DNA of 32,121 bases. Origin: Bacteroidia bacterium (GTDB lineage: Bacteria > Bacteroidota > Bacteroidia > Bacteroidales > Dysgonomonadaceae). Below are positions 30,389 through 32,121 of the stretch, in pieces. Both the position numbers and the translations under genes were made by a program. Position 1 is the stretch's first letter, and every line of letters starts with the position of its first letter. The DNA lies in contig JAUNRY010000001.1 of NCBI GenBank assembly GCA_030539475.1, positions 1 through 32,121 on the forward strand, written 5' to 3'. The notes beneath the pieces were generated by a model, which did no database searches, was not told the DNA's origin, and saw nothing but the letters and a program-made list of their open reading frames with translations.

Positions 30389-30550
30389 CAAACAATTAAA
30401 TTTAATTTATAACTCATTTTTAATTGTTTAACATTTTATAAAATTGATTGATTTTTTGGTAATAGGTTAATAAATTGGCGGAAATTGATCAGCCGGTAAA
30501 GCATGTGCCACCCGTTCGTTTTTCAGGATATTGGGGGAAACCCCATGTTC

Positions 30551-31009
30551 TTATTTTGCCGGATGCGGAATAAAACTTTCAAATGTGTTATCGTTGTAAT
30601 AAATAATTATTTGAGCAATTTTCTTATCATTGTTTTTTTGCATACTAATAAACTTATCATCAATACGTTGAGTAGTGCTTTCCGGTTTCTTAACTTCATT
30701 TGCCTGCGTATTTTGAGGCGTTTCCGCCACGTCGGCGGGAATTATCGGCTTCTGGTTAAATAAATCGTGTTCTTTGGGTATGGTGTCGGAATCGAATCCC
30801 TCTTTATACATTTCACCTGAACCCTTAATCAGCCACTCCGTATTAATGTACGGCATTTCCGACAAAATTTTAGAAACAACATCCAAGCTTGGATTATTGC
30901 GTCCGTTGAGAATGTGTGAAATGTTGGCTCGGTTAATCTGAAGCTTGTCGGCAAATTTCGCCGGCGACAGGTTTTCATTTTCCATTATTTGCCTTATTCT
31001 TTCTCTCAT
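30551..31009 (-). CDS. XRE/Cro-CI family helix-turn-helix protein
   Basis: LSPAKFADKLQINRANISHILNGRNNPS..., WLIKGSGEM, low-complexity linker, short C-terminal motif IAQIIIYYNDNTFESF. Confidence 0.92.
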   Translation of the reverse strand: MRERIRQIMENENLSPAKFADKLQINRANISHILNGRNNPSLDVVSKILSEMPYINTEWLIKGSGEMYKEGFDSDTIPKEHDLFNQKPIIPADVAETPQNTQANEVKKPESTTQRIDDKFISMQKNNDKKIAQIIIYYNDNTFESFIPHPAK

Positions 31010-31058
31010 GATGTAGAACTTAAAAAGATGAATAAATATTCAACCATCAAACTATGCG

Positions 31059-31510
31059 ACAAATGTATAAAATATAATTTACAATTAGAAATTTATTTTC
31101 AATACATTTGTGATAAACAAACGTACTTTATAAATAAACAAATGTTCTTGTAAAAACGAAGCATTTGTTACTAACTAATAATATGTATAAATTTAAACTT
31201 TAAATTATAAATATAATATACTGATATTTATGAGCATATGAATTTAAATAATTGTATTTTTAACTATTTGGGGATGTATCGCTGGATAAAAGCCGTTCAA
31301 ATTTTATCTATAACTTTAATATTAGCTATTAAACTTCTAATATATAGTGTAATATACTTAATAAATGTATGATTTATTTATTTGTTAAACCAGATAATAT
31401 ACAAAAGTTGCATGCGGAAGCACAAATGTATTTTTCATAAAATTGAATTTATTTTTGTTTCCAACATACTTAAGTAAACAAACGTAAACCAAGTATGCTA
31501 CAACACTTGT
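31059..31510. promoter_or_regulatory. Dispersed array of ACAAAYGTA-like 9-mers in AT-rich intergenic DNA
   Basis: Exact copies at 31059+, 31103-, 31117+, 31422+, 31478+; variants at 31138+, 31160-, 31361+, 31401+, 31502-. Confidence 0.7.
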
Positions 31511-31834
31511 TAGTTTTTATACACAGCTGCATGAAAATTTATGAACTCGGCGGTTGGGGATTTTCAGCCTGTCTTCTACATCAGGCATCGAAAATTGTGA
31601 AAAAGTCATCAGGCACATCAGAATGCCATTAAAAACAGAAAATGCCACTCCTGCCCTTATTAAAATATAAATATTCAATTCTCACGAACTTTAAAACAGT
31701 CTATATTTATTGGTAATCAATCTATTAAATCGATTATTTAATGTAATTAAAAATGAGCAGATAAATTTTATGGATAGAAAATGAGAAAATTGAGAAAAAA
31801 TGATTTAATTTGTAAAACTTAAAATACAAGGAAA

Positions 31835-32121
31835 ATGAAAAAGAGCATAATTTCAGTTTTATTTCTCGTGGCCGTTGTTTTATTCGCGTGCGCGCAGGGT
31901 AACAAACAAAAAAATCTGTATGATTTTAACGTTACGGATATTGACGGGAAGAAATTCGACCTAACACAATTGAAAGGTAAAAAAGTAATGATTGTAAATG
32001 TCGCGTCAAAGTGCGGCTTGACTCCGCAATACGAGCAGCTTCAAGAATTATACGAAGAATATAAAGACAGCGGCTTTGTAATTATCGGCTTTCCGGCCAA
32101 CAATTTCAACGGACAGGAACC
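31835..32121 (+). CDS. Glutathione peroxidase family protein (Cys type), partial, runs off the window end
   Basis: Manual translation: MKKSIISVLFLVAVVLFACAQGNKQKNLYDFNVTDIDGKKFDLTQLKGKKVMIVNVASKCGLTPQYEQLQELYEEYKDSGFVIIGFPANNFNGQE; VNVASKCG and GFP.N.F..QE are GPx motifs. Confidence 0.95.
   Translation, partial: MKKSIISVLFLVAVVLFACAQGNKQKNLYDFNVTDIDGKKFDLTQLKGKKVMIVNVASKCGLTPQYEQLQELYEEYKDSGFVIIGFPANNFNGQE

Noticed and set aside
30213-30395. 60-aa ORF upstream of the permease
   Set aside because: No recognisable features and it overlaps the predicted promoter; probably a 5' leader.
30421-30450. Possible dif site (GTTTAACATTTTATAAAATT) or palindrome ATTTTATAAAAT
   Set aside because: Poor match to the XerD arm, no convincing XerC arm, low-complexity AT DNA.

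Overview
Mostly housekeeping chromosome of a Bacteroidales bacterium (inferred from gene content, TAnnTTTG-type promoters and T9SS sprA). Genes in order: secA, a PafA-like alkaline phosphatase-fold protein, lnb-like DUF4105, SagB-type nitroreductase, rpmE2, cinA, a redoxin, ruvA, sprA, a frameshifted ftsE-like ATPase, SHOCT/DUF4870, a TlpA lipoprotein, vanZ-like, S41 protease, capA-like, mgtC-like, DUF1460 amidase, ung, asnA, pyrD, pyrK, a signal-peptide-bearing SAM methyltransferase, an APC/LAT permease, an XRE regulator, an ~820 bp AT-rich intergenic region, and a 3'-truncated glutathione peroxidase absent from the ORF track. I saw no rRNA, tRNA, CRISPR array, transposase or phage gene. Best leads: (1) the XRE gene beside an array of ~10 ACAAAYGTA-like sites plus two DnaA-box matches; (2) an apparently exported methyltransferase paired with an exchanger-family permease; (3) a probably inactive PafA homologue between lnb and secA; (4) a CTG start for sprA; (5) REP/MITE-like and heptamer repeats. 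All family assignments come from motif recognition by eye; no searches were run.
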